Below the pieces are notes generated by a model that was given only the letters and a program-made list of their open reading frames with translations, ran no database searches and was not told where the DNA came from. A program made the translations under genes and the position numbers. Positions 63,085 to 64,000 of a stretch of 64,000 nucleotides of DNA are shown here, one piece after another. This DNA is from a virus: the IMG/VR virus record IMGVR_UViG_3300027759_000002, positions 64,001 to 128,000 of that record. The stretch is one strand, 5' to 3'. Within the stretch, counting starts at the first letter, position 1. Each line of letters begins with the position of its first letter.

Positions 63085-64000
63085 TGACAACTTTTTATAC
63101 AAACGTACAGGCACTTGGCGGCCAGATTCTTTATCGTGGCGTCAAAGATGGTAAAAGAATCAAACTGAAGATTGATTATGAACCACAATTGTATCTTCCA
63201 GCCCGTAACGGTAAAGGTACCCATAAATCACTTGATGGCCTAGACCTTGTGCCAAAACGATTTGATGGCATTCGTGAAGCCAGAGAATATGTGAAACAAT
63301 ATGATGGTCTTCCAGGTGCTCCAAAAATCTATGGTAACACAGGATATCAATACGCTTTCATTGCAGAACAACATTCTGAAATGGTTGATTGGGAACAAGA
63401 TAAAGTAAGTGTTGCAATTATCGACATTGAGGTCGGTTCGGAAAATGGTTTTCCTGATCCATACCTTGCAAACGAACCTATCACCGCAATTGCAACGACC
63501 TTTCTGAATGGTCACACTTATGTGTTTGGTTGTGGTGATTTTCGTAATGATGATCCCGACAATATAACCTATCTGAAGTGTAAAGATGAATACACTCTTT
63601 GCAGTAAATTCATTGAGTTTTGGTCCAGAATGTATCCAGATGTTATCACTGGCTGGAACACCAAGTTCTTTGATATACCATATCTTGTCAATCGTTTTCG
63701 TAAGATTCTTGGTGAAGATAAAGCTAAGATGTTATCTCCATGGAATTATATCAGTGAACGTAAAACAAATATCAATGGTCGTTTGTTGATAGCATACAGT
63801 TTTGTTGGTATCGAATCACTTGATTATATTGAGTTATACAAATGGTATGCGCCAGGTGGTAAGTCACAAGAATCCTATCGACTAGATAATATCGCACAAG
63901 TGGAACTTGGTGAAGGCAAGATTTCATATGATGAATATGAGAACTTACACCAACTGTATAGACTGAACTATCAAAAGTTTATCGAATACAACATTAAAGA
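63084..64000 (+). CDS. gp43: DNA polymerase gp43, N-terminal/exonuclease part (3'-truncated by the window; absent from the ORF track)
   Basis: Hand translation MTTFYTNVQ...IIDIEVGSENGFP...PDVITGWNTKFFDIPYL...LDYIELYK...SYRLDNIAQVELGEGK. Confidence 0.96.
   Translation, partial: MTTFYTNVQALGGQILYRGVKDGKRIKLKIDYEPQLYLPARNGKGTHKSLDGLDLVPKRFDGIREAREYVKQYDGLPGAPKIYGNTGYQYAFIAEQHSEMVDWEQDKVSVAIIDIEVGSENGFPDPYLANEPITAIATTFLNGHTYVFGCGDFRNDDPDNITYLKCKDEYTLCSKFIEFWSRMYPDVITGWNTKFFDIPYLVNRFRKILGEDKAKMLSPWNYISERKTNINGRLLIAYSFVGIESLDYIELYKWYAPGGKSQESYRLDNIAQVELGEGKISYDEYENLHQLYRLNYQKFIEYNIK

Overview
64 kb of a T4-like myovirus genome (AT-rich, standard genetic code, almost all genes on the + strand), most similar in organisation to uncultured freshwater T4-like phages. 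A proteobacterial host is inferred only from sigma70 promoters and boxA-like motifs. 1-23.2 kb: modular tail-fibre/appendage genes (Gly-rich, ANxAF-repeat, Ig/LamG, beta-helix, cupin) built from repeated multi-gene cassettes. 23.3-38.7 kb: T4 core virion block (gp13-gp23, gp3). 38.7-53.3 kb: uvsY/uvsW, gp55, gp47/46, peptide deformylase, gp1, gp45/44/62, regA, two free-standing endonucleases and a possible DNA-modification cluster. 53.3-61.6 kb: hsp20 with a ROSE-like thermometer, then 28 tRNA genes covering all 20 amino acids, several non-canonical, interleaved with unexplained structured RNAs. From 63084: start of DNA polymerase gp43. Top observation: a leaderless 36-codon ORF (56048-56158, absent from the ORF track) containing all 20 amino acids and 29 different codons, coupled to mutually exclusive terminator/antiterminator hairpins directly upstream of the tRNA array. 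This is a candidate ribosome-mediated attenuator that senses shortage of any tRNA. All family assignments come from motif recognition by eye; no searches were run.
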